Under the pieces are notes generated by a model. That model saw only the letters and a program-made list of their open reading frames with translations. It had not been told where the DNA came from and ran no database searches. A DNA stretch of 64,000 nt from positions 50,718,001 through 50,782,000 of the forward strand of contig NC_086108.1 of NCBI RefSeq assembly GCF_963921235.1, given 5' to 3'. Every line of letters begins with the position of its first letter. Position 1 is the first letter of the stretch. Both the position numbers and the translations under genes were made by a program. Shown one piece after another: positions 38,340-51,517 of this stretch. This DNA is from Mobula hypostoma (lineage: Eukaryota).

Positions 38340-39390
38340 AGAATCAGGTTTATTATCTCCGGCATGTGTCATGAAATTTGTTAATTTAGCAGCAGTAGTT
38401 CAATACAATACATAATATTAGATTAGATTAGATTATGAGGGCATGCAATCCCCTTTTATTGTCATTTAGTAATGCATGCTTTAAGAAATGATACAATGTT
38501 TTTCCAGAATGATATCACGGAAACACATGACAAACCGACTTAAGAACTAACAAAAACCGTATAATTATAACATATAGTTACAACAGTGCCAACAATACCG
38601 TAATTTGATAAGAACAGACCATGGCACAGTAATAGTCTCAAAGTCTCTCGAAAGTCCCATCAACAATGGTTGTATCATCAGTATCAGCCAATTTATAGAT
38701 GGTATTTGAGCTATGCTTAGCTACACTGTGTTGGGTATAGAGAGAGTAGAGCAGTGGGCTAAGCACACACCCCTGAGGTCCACCAGTGTTGCTTGTCAGT
38801 GAGGAGGATATGTTATCACCAATCTGTACAGATTGTGGTCTTCTGGTTAGGAAGTCGAGGATCAGTTGCAGAGGAAGGTACAGAGGCCCAGGTTCTGTAC
38901 TTCTCAGTCAGGATTGTGGGGATGATGGTGTTAAAAGCTGAGCAATAATCAATGAATAGCATCCTGACATAGGTGGTTGTATTGTCCACGTTGTCTAAGG
39001 CTGTGTGAAGAGCCATTGAGACTGTGTCTGCCATTGACCTATTGTGGTGACAGGCAAATTGCAGTGGGTCCAGGTCCTTGCTGAGACAGGAGTTCAGTCT
39101 AGTCGTGACCAACCTCTCAAAGCATTTTATCACTGTAGATGTGAGTGAAGCTGGGCGATAGTCATTAAGGCAGCTCACATTATTCTTCTTAGGCACTGGT
39201 ATAATTGTTGCCTTTTTGAAGTAGGAACTTCCACCCGTAGCAGTGAGAGGTTGAAAATGTCCTTCAATTCTCCCACCAGTTGGTTGCAACAAATTTTCAG
39301 AACCTTACTAGGTACTCTGTCGGGGCCTTCTGCCTTGTGAGGGTTCACCCTCTTTAAACACAGCCTAACATCGGCCTCCAAGACAGAGAA
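38340..39390 (-). mobile_element. Rex1/Babar fragment in BEL LTR
   Basis: [28 protein letters not shown]. Confidence 0.9.
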
Positions 39391-39669
39391 TAAATTGAGC
39401 ATAGCTAAGCGATCATGAAAGATATGACACCCAGTGGGCCCCAGCTCCAAACTGCCCCAGAACAAAGCACAAATATATAACTGATCCCTTTCACTTTTAC
39501 CAGGCCTCCACACACGTGACTCGTTACCACAGTAAATGCAACACAGAATATAATGCAGATAGAGAGCAGATACATGCTGCTACATTCCTGCCCCCCAATT
39601 ATTCTTCTAGAATATTTACAACTATTCTGAAGAGCAATGCTGACATCAATTTTTTGAAGATCTTCTAAA

Positions 39670-42510
39670 TCAAACCGTCTCATTTGACAGGAATGTGATT
39701 AACAACATTCCAACACAGCCCGTTGATGACTCCCTAAGCAAAATACCAATACTTGAAGAAGTCAAGGAAGCCATCAAAACCTTGAAAAACAACAAGGCCG
39801 CTGGACTCGATGGAATACCAGCCGAGGTCTACATAATTGGAGGTAACCCGCTTCATTATCAACTGCATCAACTTCTCATCAAGATCTGGATAAATGAAGA
39901 CGTACCAGCAGACTTTAGAGACTCAGCAATCGTTACCACCTACAAAAGGAAAGGCGATCAATCTGAATGCAGAAACTATCGTGGAATTTCCATGTTAGCA
40001 ACAGCAGGAAAGATCCTCACCCGTATCATGTACAACCGGCTGAAGCCTTTAGCTGTAAGATCCTTCCGGAGACACAAGCCGGTTTTAGGCCATCACGTGG
40101 AGCAATTGACATGATCTTCACAATGCAACAACTACAAGAAAAATGTCGTGAACAACTTCAACCTTTGTACATGGCATTCATCGACCTACCAAAGCCTTTG
40201 ACTCGGTATCAAGGGAACTCCTTTGGGATGTCCTATCCACCTATGGATGCCCTGAAGAGTACATTTGAATCCTGTGACTCCTCCACAATGGCATGCTTGC
40301 CACAGTCATGGTCAGCAACAGTAACTGTGAGCCTTTTCAAGTTAGATCAGGAGTAAAACAGGGATGTGTGATTGCCCCAACTTTGTTCACCACCTTCATT
40401 GCGACAATCATCCACATTATCAAGGACAACCTACCCCCAGGAATCGAAATTGTCTACAGAACTGATGGCAGACTTTTCAATCTTGCCCGTCTCAAGTCCA
40501 AAACGAAAACATCCACGAGTTCCCTCATTGAGTTCCAATATGCAGATGACAATAGTGTTGCAGCTCTTTCAGAAAACCACCTACAACATTCTGACTGCCT
40601 TCAACCGTGCATAGACGAAACTTGGACTTACCATCAATTCCAAGAAGACTCAGATCATCTATCAACCGTCACCAACTGAGACAAATTGGATAGAAACATC
40701 ATTTCAACTTGGCGAAACAACCCTGGAAAACGTAGACTACTTTCCGTACCTTGGAAGTCACCATCTCCTCCAATGTCGACCTTAATGACGAGATCCAACA
40801 TCGTCTTAAATGCGCTGGAATGGCTTTTGGACGTCTCCATGCAAGAGTCTTTCATGATTGTGACATCCGAACAGACACCAAAATGTTAGTGTACAAAGCC
40901 CTGGTGATCCCAACACTCCTGTATGCATCAGAAACCTGGACAACATACCGACGACATCTGAAGGCACTTGAAAAGTTCCATCAACGCTGCCTTTGAAACA
41001 TAGTCATAGTCATACTTTATTGATCCCGAGGGAAATTGGGTTTCGTTACAGTTGCACCAACCAAGAATTGAGTATAAATATAGCAATATAAAACCATAAA
41101 TAATTAAATAATAATATGTAAATTATGCCAGGAAATGAGTCCAGGACCAGCCTATTGGCTCAGGGTGTCTGACCCTCCAAGGGAGGAGTTGTAAAGTTTG
41201 ATGGCTACAGGCAGGAATGACTTCCTATGACGCTCAGTGTTGCATCTCAATGGAATGAGTCTCTGGCTGAATGTACTCCTGTGCCCAACCAGTACATTAT
41301 GTAGTGGATGGGAGACATTGTCCAAGATGGCATGCAACTTGGACAGCATCCTCTTTTCAGACACCACCGTCAGAGAGTCTAGTTCCATCCCCACAACATC
41401 ACTGGCCTTACAAATGAGTTTGTTGATTCTGTTGGTGTCTGCTACCCTCAGCCTGCTGCCCCAGCACACAACAGCAAACATGATAGCACTGGCCACCACA
41501 GACTCGTAGAACATCCTCAGCATCGTCCGGCAGATGTTAAAGGACCTCAGTCTCCTCAGGAAATAGAGACGGCTCTGACCCTTCTTGTAGACAGCCTCAG
41601 TATTCTTTGACCAGTCCAGTTTATTGTCAATTCGTATCCCCAGGTATTTGTAATCCTCCACCATGTCCACACTGACCCCCTGGATGGAAACAGGGGTCAC
41701 CCAGTGCCTTAGCTCTCCTCAGGTCCACCACCAGCTCCTTACTCTTTTTCACATTAAGCTGCAGATAATTCTGCTCACACCATGTGACAAAGTTTCCTAC
41801 CGTAGCCCTGTACTCAGCCTCATCTCCCTTGCTGATGCATCCAACTATGGCAGAGTCATCAGAAAACTTCTGAAGATGGCAAGACTCTGTGCAGTAGTTG
41901 AAGTCCGAGGTGTAAATGGTGAAGAGAAAGGGAGACAAGATAGTCCCCTGTGGAGCCCCAGTGCCGCTGATCACTCTGTCTGACACATCTTAAATATCAG
42001 CTGGGAAGATAGAAGAACCAATGTCAGTGTGCTAAATGAAGCAAAAACAACAAGCATTGAAGCCTATGTCATCAAGAACCAACTAAGATGGAGCGGTCAT
42101 GCTGTTCGGATGAAAGACAAAACAAATCTTCTACTCCCAGCTTAAAGAAGGCAAACGTAAAAGAGGCGGACAACAGAAGGGATACAAAGACGTCTCAAAA
42201 GCCAACATGAAGAAAAGTAACATTGACATCAACAATTGGGAAACCAATGCCAAGGACAGGAAACTCTGGCAAGCCATCATCCAAGAAGGAACAGCAACTT
42301 TCGAAGCCAACAGATGTGCAGAGTTAGAAGAAAAGAGAAGAAAATGGAAAGAGAGGCAGCAACAACCATCTGCCATCTGGAACTTCCTGTCCTGAATGTG
42401 GAAGAACTTTCAAAGCCAAGATTGGACTCATAAGCCACTTGAGAGCCGATAAGTAGATCAACAGAATGAAGACCATCATCCTTGACCTCGAGGGATAGCC
42501 ACGACGACGA
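39670..42510 (+). mobile_element. RTE-clade LINE, 5'-truncated
   Basis: KAAGLDGIPAE, NYRGISML, GVKQGCVIAPTLF, QYADD, LLYASETW; C-terminal CPECGRTF..H. Confidence 0.92.
41002..41981 (-). mobile_element. Rex1/Babar fragment inside RTE
   Basis: GAPQGTILSPFLFTIYTSD, KFSDDS, YKYLGIRIDNKLDW. Confidence 0.92.
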
Positions 42511-42588
42511 ATTACAACTACATACCACCAAAACACAGGAGACATGAAATCTTAAAATTCACACAAATATCCTCCTTCTGGTAAGCAG

Positions 42589-43203
42589 TGTAATGCGCTG
42601 CAATGGCTTCTCTGTAATGTTTCACTGCTAAGGCTAATGAAATGGATTCTTTGTAATGTTCTCTGCTGAAGTAACAGTTTCTCTGTAGTAGCAATGTTTG
42701 GGTTATGGCTGGAGGTAACAGGACTATGGTTATACATGTTAGCCAATCAGGATTTTGTTGCCCTGTCTTGTGAATCTGGAAAGAGTTGATTGCGCGGACT
42801 TTTGCCAGAGAGAGAGATGAGGAGAGAAGATGCGAATGGAGAGATTTGATAGACCGCCAGATGGTGTGGACTTGGAGCGAGGGTCCGAAGGGTAGCGACG
42901 ATCGGAGGAGGTCGATGGTGAACGATAGGCTTATCAGTGAGCTCCAACTTTGCGCACAGACTGTTTAATAAGATTGGGCCCTTTTTTTCTTTTATTTCAT
43001 TTCTCTACTAATCATATAGTCAAAGTAAGAGTTATAAAGCTTACTCGTTTAATAGCATATTACTTACTGTTTGTTATTTCAGGGTACTGATTTGTAACAG
43101 GGGACACCTCACATAGCATCCACCCAAATGAGATTTCTTAAGTTCGGCTGGGCCGGGGGTTATCACCCCCTATATTAAGCCGCTAGGTGAAGCAAGAGTT
43201 ACA
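42589..43203 (+). mobile_element. Solo LTR
   Basis: TGTAA...TTACA with 4-bp TSD GCAG. Confidence 0.8.
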
Positions 43204-43924
43204 GCAGTCTATCCTGCCTGGATCGTGATCTTCTCTTGACAAACCGGGTTGTTCCCAATGACGGCATTCAGGGAAATCTGTCCTGAAAGGCTGCTGTCAA
43301 AGCTTATCCAAGTTCAAAACTGAAATCCAGTTTACTGTCAGCTCTGACTGAGCGTAGTCTCTTCCACCATCACAGTCTCCTTTCAATGGTCTATTAAGAG
43401 TCCAACCCACCATTGTTCTGATTGCATGATATCCATCACTAACACTGGGAGTCACTTGCAACAGCTCCAATGCTTGAGGTACATTTGCCCCTATTTGCAG
43501 CTCCATTCCTAAATCAATTTCCGGCAAAAGAAAATGCTTCAGGTGAGACCATTCCTGAAGATTTCTCCGACAAGGAATGTTCCCTTTGTGGCAGGCATAC
43601 GTTCCTGCGTATAGATGTTAGGTAGTTCACAATAGTTCAAACTATCTAAACCAGCCACTTCCAATCCTGAAATGACAGAGCTTTCATAACCTTCTGACCC
43701 ACGCTGCGTAAGAGGATGTGTCTTCTTTCTCCTGTTGAGCTTGTTCATGAGGCTTACTGTAGAGAACACTGCTGTACTTCCCTGATCTTGGAAAGCATAA
43801 CCTCTGTCTTGTAACTCTTCTGAGACTTCACCTGAACTGGAATTACAGGAAGTTTACAAGCATGATCACCGGCCTCCGTAAGGCCATTGGATACCAGGGT
43901 GTTACTCACTGCTGTGTTTGATTT

Positions 43925-44187
43925 TTTTACGCAAACAACAGGAATTCTGCAGATGCTGGAAATTCAAGCAACACACATCAAAGTTGCTGGTGAACGCAGC
44001 AGGCCAGGCAGCATCTCTAGGAAGAGGTACAGTCGATGTTTCGGGCCGAGACCCTTCGTCAGGACTAACTGAAGGAAGAGTTAGTAAGAGATTTGAAAGT
44101 GGGAGGGGGAGGGGGAAATCCAAAATGATAGGAGAAGACAGAAGGGGGAGGGATGGAGCCAAGAGCTGGACAGGTGATTGGCAAAAA
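43925..44187 (-). mobile_element. Penelope terminal fragment
   Basis: Same terminal repeat family. Confidence 0.85.
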
Positions 44188-44463
44188 TCGTTCACCATCT
44201 GTGCCATGTCAACATTGGAACTCTCACCATTGAACTGTCCTGCTGGAGCATAATTAGCACCCACAGCATTAGAAGCCTTCAGTGCTTTCACTTTGGCCAT
44301 CTTGGCTGTAATTTCTTTCTGCAAATTAAGCTGCTCCATCTTTCTTCATAGCTGCTCCTGGCTTCTCCGAAGCTATTCTGCCATCTGTTCCGCCTGTCCC
44401 TCCAATACATGTTTATCCTTCAATATTTGTTGACTTGTGCATAACTCAGTTAATTCAGCCTCT

Positions 44464-44589
44464 CACGAGGAAATCTGCAGATGCAGATGCTGGAAATTCC
44501 TGACAAGGGGTCTCGGCCTGAAACACCGACTGTACCTCTTCCTATAGATGCTGCCTGGCCTGCTGCGTTCACCAGCATTTTTTGTGTGT
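44464..44589. mobile_element. 126-bp fold-back Penelope mini-insertion
   Basis: 15-bp TSD GTTAATTCAGCCTCT. Confidence 0.85.
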
Positions 44590-47500
44590 GTTAATTCAGC
44601 CTCTGTTCTAACACGTGCCAAGTAGGTATCAAGACACACTGGATGCGGACAACAATTGAACCTGCTGCATGCACGTTAGACACGCTGTCATCCTGAAAGT
44701 TTATACGTGATCACAGCATGCTCGGTGCTTTATAATTATTTTCATTTCCTCCAGCAACCTGACCTTCAACATTGCATGTTTGTTTCAGCCATTATCAGCC
44801 TCTGCTGTGACTGTATTATTAAGTGTATCAATATTTGCATTGGTTTTGGTTTGTTTATCTTGCTCTGAGATAGGCATTAAAGGCAATAGCAAGTTATGTT
44901 ACTTAGCAACATCTTCACAAAGATCTTTTAAATTACCCAAATGAGACCGCACTCACAAGACATCTTGCTCTTCTGATTCTAATTAACGGTACTAAATCAT
45001 TTATCTTCTTAGCAATTTTATTATACTTCCTTTGAACACTGCCAATCCTAACCACCAAACTGGGAAACCATCCTTTCCCAGTAAGTTTAATTTCTTTTTT
45101 AGTCCTGACTTCCACGTCACTGTCTCCAGCTTGACTCATGCTGTTTCCCACGTGCTTGAGCAAGACAAAACAATGGCCTTCACTTGACAATCGAAATATT
45201 TCAGCATTTCAATGGAACCAAGTGCTGAACTCCTAGGTAAATACCACACTACAGAGCTCTTGGTCAGCAATGACCATTCCAAACTGTGTTCTAAACCCAA
45301 ACACACACCATGAATCAACAAAAGGGGTTGTTACTTGCCATAAACTGCTCCTGACTGCAGTGCTCCTAATTTCACTGGCACGACCAAATGCTGGTATTTG
45401 TTTGGTGTAACTGTCCAAATCTTTTGTTGACAGAATGTAGCAGCTATTCTAACAAACTAATGCCACTGCCAGTGACCACTTGGGTTGTTATATCCAGTAA
45501 TAGTATTCCACAATGTCAAAGAAATGTACTCGATCCTTTATTAGCATCTGGCAAAAAAAATCTTGAAGCAATGATACTTAAGTGTAATTAAGTATAAATT
45601 AAGCGTAACTAAACGAACAACGAAAGATATGACACCTGAAAGTCCCCTGAACCAAACTACCCAGAACAATGCACGAATATGTAACTTATTCCCTTTGCAT
45701 ATACCGGGCTCCCACTCACGTGACTAACTGCCATAAGGAACGCCCAACACAGAATGCAATGTAGATAGAGAACTGATGCATGCGTCCTACAGGGTCCATG
45801 TTTTGTTTTAGACCTACAGACTTTGTGTCTCTCTACTGAGTAAATACATTTCTTTTTCTCCATGCACAAGTGACATGCTGATCTTCAAGAGGCCAAATTT
45901 TGTCCCTTGCTACCTTTTTGCTCTTAATATGTCTGCAGAAGCCCCTGGAATTCTCCTTCGCCTTGACGACCAGAGCAACCTGATGTCTCCTTTTAGCCTT
46001 CCCCATTTCCCTCAGACGTTCTCTTGATTTTCTTATACATCCCAATACTTCATTTGCTCCTTGCTGCCTCTACCTGCTCTGCATCTCCTTCTTCTTCTTA
46101 ATCAGGGCCTCAATATCTCTGGAAAACCGAGATTCCCTGAACCATTTAGCCTTATTTTTAATTGGTGATTGTGGAGGAGATGTTGCTGGCAATGCTTACT
46201 GACTGGGCTCTGCAAGTGAGGAAATTGAGGTTCTAATTGCACAAGAAGGTATAGTGGCCCAGGTCCTGGAGCTTAGTGATGAGTTTTCAGGGGATAATAG
46301 TTTGAATATTGAGTAGAAATCAATGAAGACTTCTGATGTATGCATCTTCATTGCCCAAGTGTACCATAGATGAGTGAAGGGCCAATGAAATGGCATCTAC
46401 AGTTCACCTCTTGTGATGGTCTCTGGAACTGAGAATTCCAGTGTCTCACAGCCTTCATCTTAAACAGATGATCCATTACTCTGAAACTATGTCCCCTGGT
46501 TTTAGATTCCCTAAGAAGGGAGACATCCACACTCTTCTATTCATCTATTCTTGCATCATCTATCCTCTCAAGACCCTTCTAGATTGTACATATTTCAATA
46601 AGAACATCCTTCTTTCTTCCAAAATTGAAATGAGTATGGGCTCAAACTCTCCTTACATGACCTTTCACTCCAGGAATCAACCTTCTGAGTAATCTCTGAA
46701 TTACATTCGATACGACTACAGTGGACTCTGGTTAATTGGGGCATCAGTTAGATGGGACAGCCGCTTTCATGGGACAATGCTTAAAGAACAACGACTTATC
46801 CAGAAAATAGCTCGGACTCTCTTCACTTATTTGAGACATGATACCACTTAATTGGGACAGGAGACTGTTGCTGATCGGTTTCTAACTTGCGTCAGTCACC
46901 AGCACTTGTGTGGCCATTAGACACTACACTGTCCTTAGAATGAGCAGTTTTAAAATAGCATCAGTTATGTGTGCTTGTATTATATAATCCACTTGGGCCA
47001 ATGGAGGCCAATTCAAAAGGCAGTGATTTTTGATAATTCAGTTTTTATTTTGACTTAAAAAGTTTCAAGCTCTTGCTGAGATGCCACTAAAAGATTTGAC
47101 ACTGGCAGAAAAAAAATTCCCTACTGGACCAAATTAAAAGCCATCTGCCTAACACCACTTATCATCAGCTGGAAAAGATAACTGGAGTGCCAAGGTCTAC
47201 AACTGCATACTTGATACATCAACAAGAGAGGAATGGGCATTAAGAGAGGGGCAACAGGGAACATCCCAAAAATGAAAGGATCCGGATGTTGAACGAGCCC
47301 TCAATCAATGGTTTTCCATTGTAACTGGACAAGGTGTGCGTGCCAGTGAACCAATGTTAAAAAAAAAAGTCAGAGGAGCTAGCTAAGAAGCTGATCATGA
47401 ACATTTTAAGGTGTTAGGTGGCTGCTTCGATGGAAATCTTGGCCCAACATTAAATTCAAGAAAACACACAGTGAGAAAGATAGTGCTGATGTCGTAAGTG

Positions 47501-47782
47501 CAGAAATATGGAAATCTACAAAATCTCCCCAATTTGCTTCCTAAATCTAGTGCTGATAAAACAGACCTCTTGCATCGTGCAACACTAAATGGTTCCTCAG
47601 TAAACATGCAACACCCTCAGCTTTAAGAAAGCAATGGATCATATAATGGATTGATTATCTGCATTAAGGTGGGTGCACTGATTTTCCTCATTTACAGTCA
47701 GTCAAAAGAACATGGCAGCATACTCTGGGTGAATTCCTTTGTCCATAAACCTTAGAAACTAATACCCAGTTTTATACTACTA

Positions 47783-48130
47783 GGTGTATAAGATGATGAG
47801 AGGCATTGATCTGGGGGATAGTCAGAGGCTTTTTCCCAGGGCTGAAATGGCTAACACGAGAGGGCACAGTTTAAAGATGCTTGGAAGTAGGTACAGAGGG
47901 GATATCATGGGTAAGTTTTTTTACGCAAAGAGTGCATGGAATGGGCTGCTGGCAACGGTGGTGGATGCGGATACGATAGGGTCTTTTACGAGACTCCTGG
48001 ATAGGTACATGGAGCTTAGAAATATAGAGGGCTATGGGTAACCCTAGGTAATTTCTAAAGTAGGTATATGTTCAGCAGAGCATTGTGGGCCAAAGGGCCT
48101 GTATTGTGCTGTAGGTTTTCTATATTTCTA
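47783..48130 (+). mobile_element. CR1 3' fragment
   Basis: YKMMRGID..TRGHSLK. Confidence 0.85.
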
Positions 48131-48206
48131 CTGTCGTAGTATTTGTAATATTCTAATATTTTTTGTATTTCATTTAAGTACATAATAACGTATTTCATTT
48201 AAGTAC

Positions 48207-50932
48207 GAAGGAAGGGGAGGTGGGGTGGCGTTGCTGGTTAAAAAAGAGATTAACGCAATAGAAAGGAAGGACATAAGCCGGGAAGATGTGGAATCGATAT
48301 GGGTAGAGCTGCGTAACACTAAGGGGCAGAAGACGCTGGTGGGAGTTGTGTACAGGCCACCTAACAGTAGTAGTGAGGTCAGAGATGGTATTAAACAGGA
48401 AATTAGAAATGTGTGCAATAAAGGAACAGCAGTTATAATGGGTGACTTCAATCTACATGTAGACTGGGTGAACCAAATTGGTAAAGGTGCTGAGGAAGAG
48501 GATTTCTTGGAATGTATGCGGGATGGTTTTTTGAACCAACATGTCGAGGAACCGACTAGAGAGCAGGCTATTCTGGACTGGGTTTTGAGCAATGAGGAAG
48601 GGTTAATTAGCGATCTTGTCGTGAGAGGCCCCTTGGGTAAGAGTGACCATAATATGGTGGAATTCTTCATTAACATGGAGAGTGACGTAGTTAATTCAGA
48701 AACAAAGGTTCTGAACTTAAAGAGGGGTAACTTTGAAGGTATGAGACATGAATTAGCTAAGATAGACTGGCAAATGACACTTCAAGGATTGACGGTGGAT
48801 ATGCAATGGCAGGCATTTAAAGGTTGCATGGATGAACTACAACAATTGTTCATCCCAGTTTGGCAAAAGAATAAATCAAGGAAGGTAGTGCACCCGTGGC
48901 TGACAAGAGAAATTAGGGATAGTATCAATTCCAAAGAAGTAGCATACAAATTAGCCAGAGAAAGTGGCTCACCTGAGGACTGGGAGAAATTCAGAGTTCA
49001 GCAGAGGAGGACAAAGGGCTTAATTAGGAAGGGGAAAAAAGATTATGAGAGAAAACTGGCAGAGAACATAAAAACGGACTGTAAAAGCTTTTATAGATAT
49101 GTAAAAAGGAAAAGACTGATAAAGACAAATGTAGGTCCCCTGCAAACAGAAACAGGTGAATTGATTATGGGGAGCAAGGACATAGCAGACCAATTGAATA
49201 ATTACTTTGGTTCTGTCTTCACTAAGGAGGACATAAATAATCTTCCAGAAATAGTAAGGGACAGAGGGTCCAGTGAGATGGAGGAACTGAGCGAAATACA
49301 TGTTAGTAGGGAAGTGGTGTTAGGTAAATTGAAGGGATTGAAGGCAGATAAATCCCCAGGGCCAGATGGTCTGCATCCCAGAGTGCTTAAGGAAGTGGCC
49401 CAAGAAATAGTGGATGCATTAGTGATAATTTTTCAAAACTCGTTAGATTCTGGACTAGTTCCTGAGGATTGGAGGGTGGCTAATGTAACCCCACTTTTTA
49501 AAAAAGGAGGGAGAGAGAAACCGGGGAATTATAGGCCGGTTAGCCTAACGTCGGTGGTGGGGAAACTGCTGGAGTCAGTTATCAAGGATGTGATAACAGC
49601 ACATTTGGAAAGCGGTGAAATGATCGGACAAAGTCAGCATGGATTTGTGAAAGGAAAATCATGTCTGACGAATCTCATAGAATTTTTTGAGGATGTAACT
49701 AGTAGAGTGGATAGGGGAGAACCAGTGGATGTGGTATATTTGGATTTTCAAAAGGCTTTTGACAAGGTCCCACATAGGAGATTAGTGTGCAAACTTAAAG
49801 CACACGGTATTGGGGGTAAGGTATTGGTGTGGGTGGAGAATTGGTTAGCAGACAGGAAGCAAAGAGTGGGAATAAACGGGACCTTTTCAGAATGGCAGGC
49901 GGTGACTAGTGGGGTACCGCAAGGCTCAGTGCTGGGACCCCAGTTGTTTACAATATATATTAATGACTTGGATGAGGGAATTAAATGCAGCATCTCCAAG
50001 TTTGCGGATGACACGAAGCTGGGTGGCAGTGTTAGCAGTGAGGAGGATGCTAAGAGGATGCAGGGTGACTTGGATAGGTTGGGTGAGTGGGCAAACTCAT
50101 GGCAGATGCAATTTAATGTGGATAAATGTGAAGTTATCCACTTTGGTGGCAAAAATAGGAAAACAGATTATTATCTGAATGGTGGCCGATTAGGAAAAGG
50201 GGAGGTGCAACGAGACCTGGGTGTCATTATACACCAGTCATTGAAAGTGGGCATGCAGGTACAGCAGGCGGTGAAAAAGGCGAACGGTATGCTGGCATTT
50301 ATAGCGAGAGGATTCGAGTACAGGAGCAGGGAGGTACTACTGCAGTTGTACAAGGCCTTGGTGAGACCACACCTGGAGTATTGTGTGCAGTTTTGGTCCC
50401 CTAATCTGAGGAAAGACATCTTTGCCATAGAGGGAGTACAAAGAAGGTTCACCAGATTGATTCCTGGGATGGCAGGTCTTTCATATGAAGAAAGACTGGA
50501 TGAACTGGGCTTGTACTCGTTGGAATTTAGAAGATTGAGGGGGGATCTGATTGAAACGTATAAGATCCTAAAGGGATTGGACAGGCTAGATGCAGGAAGA
50601 TTGTTCCCGATGTTGGGGAGGTCTAGAACGAGGGGTCACAGTTTGAGGATAGAGGGGAAGCCTTTTAGGACCGAGGTTAGGAAAAACTTCTTCACACAGA
50701 GAGTGGTGAATCTGTGGAATTCTCTGCCACAGCAAACTGTTGAGGCCAGTTCATTAGCTATGTTTAAAAGGAAGTTAGATATGGCCCTTGTGGCTACAGG
50801 GGTCAGGGGGTATGGAGGGAAGGCTGGGTTCTGAGTTGGATGATCAGCCATGATCATAATAAATGGCGGTGCAGGCTCGAAGGGCCGAATGGCCTACTCC
50901 TGCACCTATTTTCTATGTTTCTATGTTTCTAT
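48207..50932 (+). mobile_element. Young CR1 LINE, 5'-truncated within the endonuclease
   Basis: Uninterrupted ORF; 3' UTR stem GAAGGGCCGAATGGCCT and (TTTCTATG)n tail. Confidence 0.97.
48225..50834 (+). CDS. CR1 ORF2 (partial APE endonuclease and RT), 869 codons, natural start missing
   Basis: VYRPP, GDFN, SDH; LDFQKAFDKVPH, GVPQGSVLGP, KFADD. Confidence 0.9.
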   Translation: MALLVKKEINAIERKDISREDVESIWVELRNTKGQKTLVGVVYRPPNSSSEVRDGIKQEIRNVCNKGTAVIMGDFNLHVDWVNQIGKGAEEEDFLECMRDGFLNQHVEEPTREQAILDWVLSNEEGLISDLVVRGPLGKSDHNMVEFFINMESDVVNSETKVLNLKRGNFEGMRHELAKIDWQMTLQGLTVDMQWQAFKGCMDELQQLFIPVWQKNKSRKVVHPWLTREIRDSINSKEVAYKLARESGSPEDWEKFRVQQRRTKGLIRKGKKDYERKLAENIKTDCKSFYRYVKRKRLIKTNVGPLQTETGELIMGSKDIADQLNNYFGSVFTKEDINNLPEIVRDRGSSEMEELSEIHVSREVVLGKLKGLKADKSPGPDGLHPRVLKEVAQEIVDALVIIFQNSLDSGLVPEDWRVANVTPLFKKGGREKPGNYRPVSLTSVVGKLLESVIKDVITAHLESGEMIGQSQHGFVKGKSCLTNLIEFFEDVTSRVDRGEPVDVVYLDFQKAFDKVPHRRLVCKLKAHGIGGKVLVWVENWLADRKQRVGINGTFSEWQAVTSGVPQGSVLGPQLFTIYINDLDEGIKCSISKFADDTKLGGSVSSEEDAKRMQGDLDRLGEWANSWQMQFNVDKCEVIHFGGKNRKTDYYLNGGRLGKGEVQRDLGVIIHQSLKVGMQVQQAVKKANGMLAFIARGFEYRSREVLLQLYKALVRPHLEYCVQFWSPNLRKDIFAIEGVQRRFTRLIPGMAGLSYEERLDELGLYSLEFRRLRGDLIETYKILKGLDRLDAGRLFPMLGRSRTRGHSLRIEGKPFRTEVRKNFFTQRVVNLWNSLPQQTVEASSLAMFKRKLDMALVATGVRGYGGKAGF

Positions 50933-51391
50933 AATTTGTTACTCAGTTAAACATAGTTTGTCTTTTTTATACCTTTTTGAACTATTTCCATGAAACTTTG
51001 GCTAATTAGGATGGCCATTTAATTGGGCCAAAAGTATTGGTTTTGATGTGTCCCAGTTAACCAGAATCCACACTAGGTCCTTCCTAAAACAGATGCAGCT
51101 TACCAATGTATTTTTCAGTTGTAACAAAACTCATCAGCGTTACAAGATCTAACCATATTGTTAACATCTTTCCTTACTTTAAGATTAATGAAGACAAGTT
51201 GTAAAATAACTTGTTGCCCAGTTGACTGCATCAGGAAACAGTCTGAATATATTCTATTATATTTGCATTTCAAAATACATTTCCTAATTTGAATTGGGGC
51301 TAAAATTAAAGTCATTATTATAGTATCATCTCTACTACAAGCTCTCTTATTTCCTGTCTCTCTTTCAACAACTCAGTCAATGGCTTTGTCT

Positions 51392-51517
51392 GACGAAGGG
51401 TCTCGGCCTGAAACGTCGACTGCACCTCTTCCTACAGATGCTGCTTGGCCTGCTGCGTTCACCAGCAACTTTGATGTATGTTGCTTGAATTTCCAGCATC
51501 TGCAGAATTCCTGTTGT
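51392..51517 (+). mobile_element. 126-bp Penelope mini-insertion starting within the hammerhead core
   Basis: 15-bp TSD TCAATGGCTTTGTCT (51377-51391, 51518-51532). Confidence 0.88.

Larger units (their letters stand above)
38160..45791 (-). mobile_element. BEL/Pao LTR element (5' LTR 45436-45791; 3' LTR 38160-39584 split by Rex1)
   Basis: Two homologous LTRs; PPT at 39585-39596; IGANVPQALE..AIRTMVGW; GLEVAGLDSLNYCELP. Confidence 0.8.
46719..51073 (+). mobile_element. pogo/Tigger-like transposon remnant with two CR1 insertions
   Basis: TA|CAGTGGACTCTGGTTAATTGGG and TCCCAGTTAACCAGAATCCAC TIRs; VERALNQWF..PMLKKKSEELAKKL (CENP-B HTH-like). Confidence 0.75.

Noticed and set aside
46196..46396. 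Unique-looking ORF
   Set aside because: Frameshifted Rex1 RT (FIDF motif)
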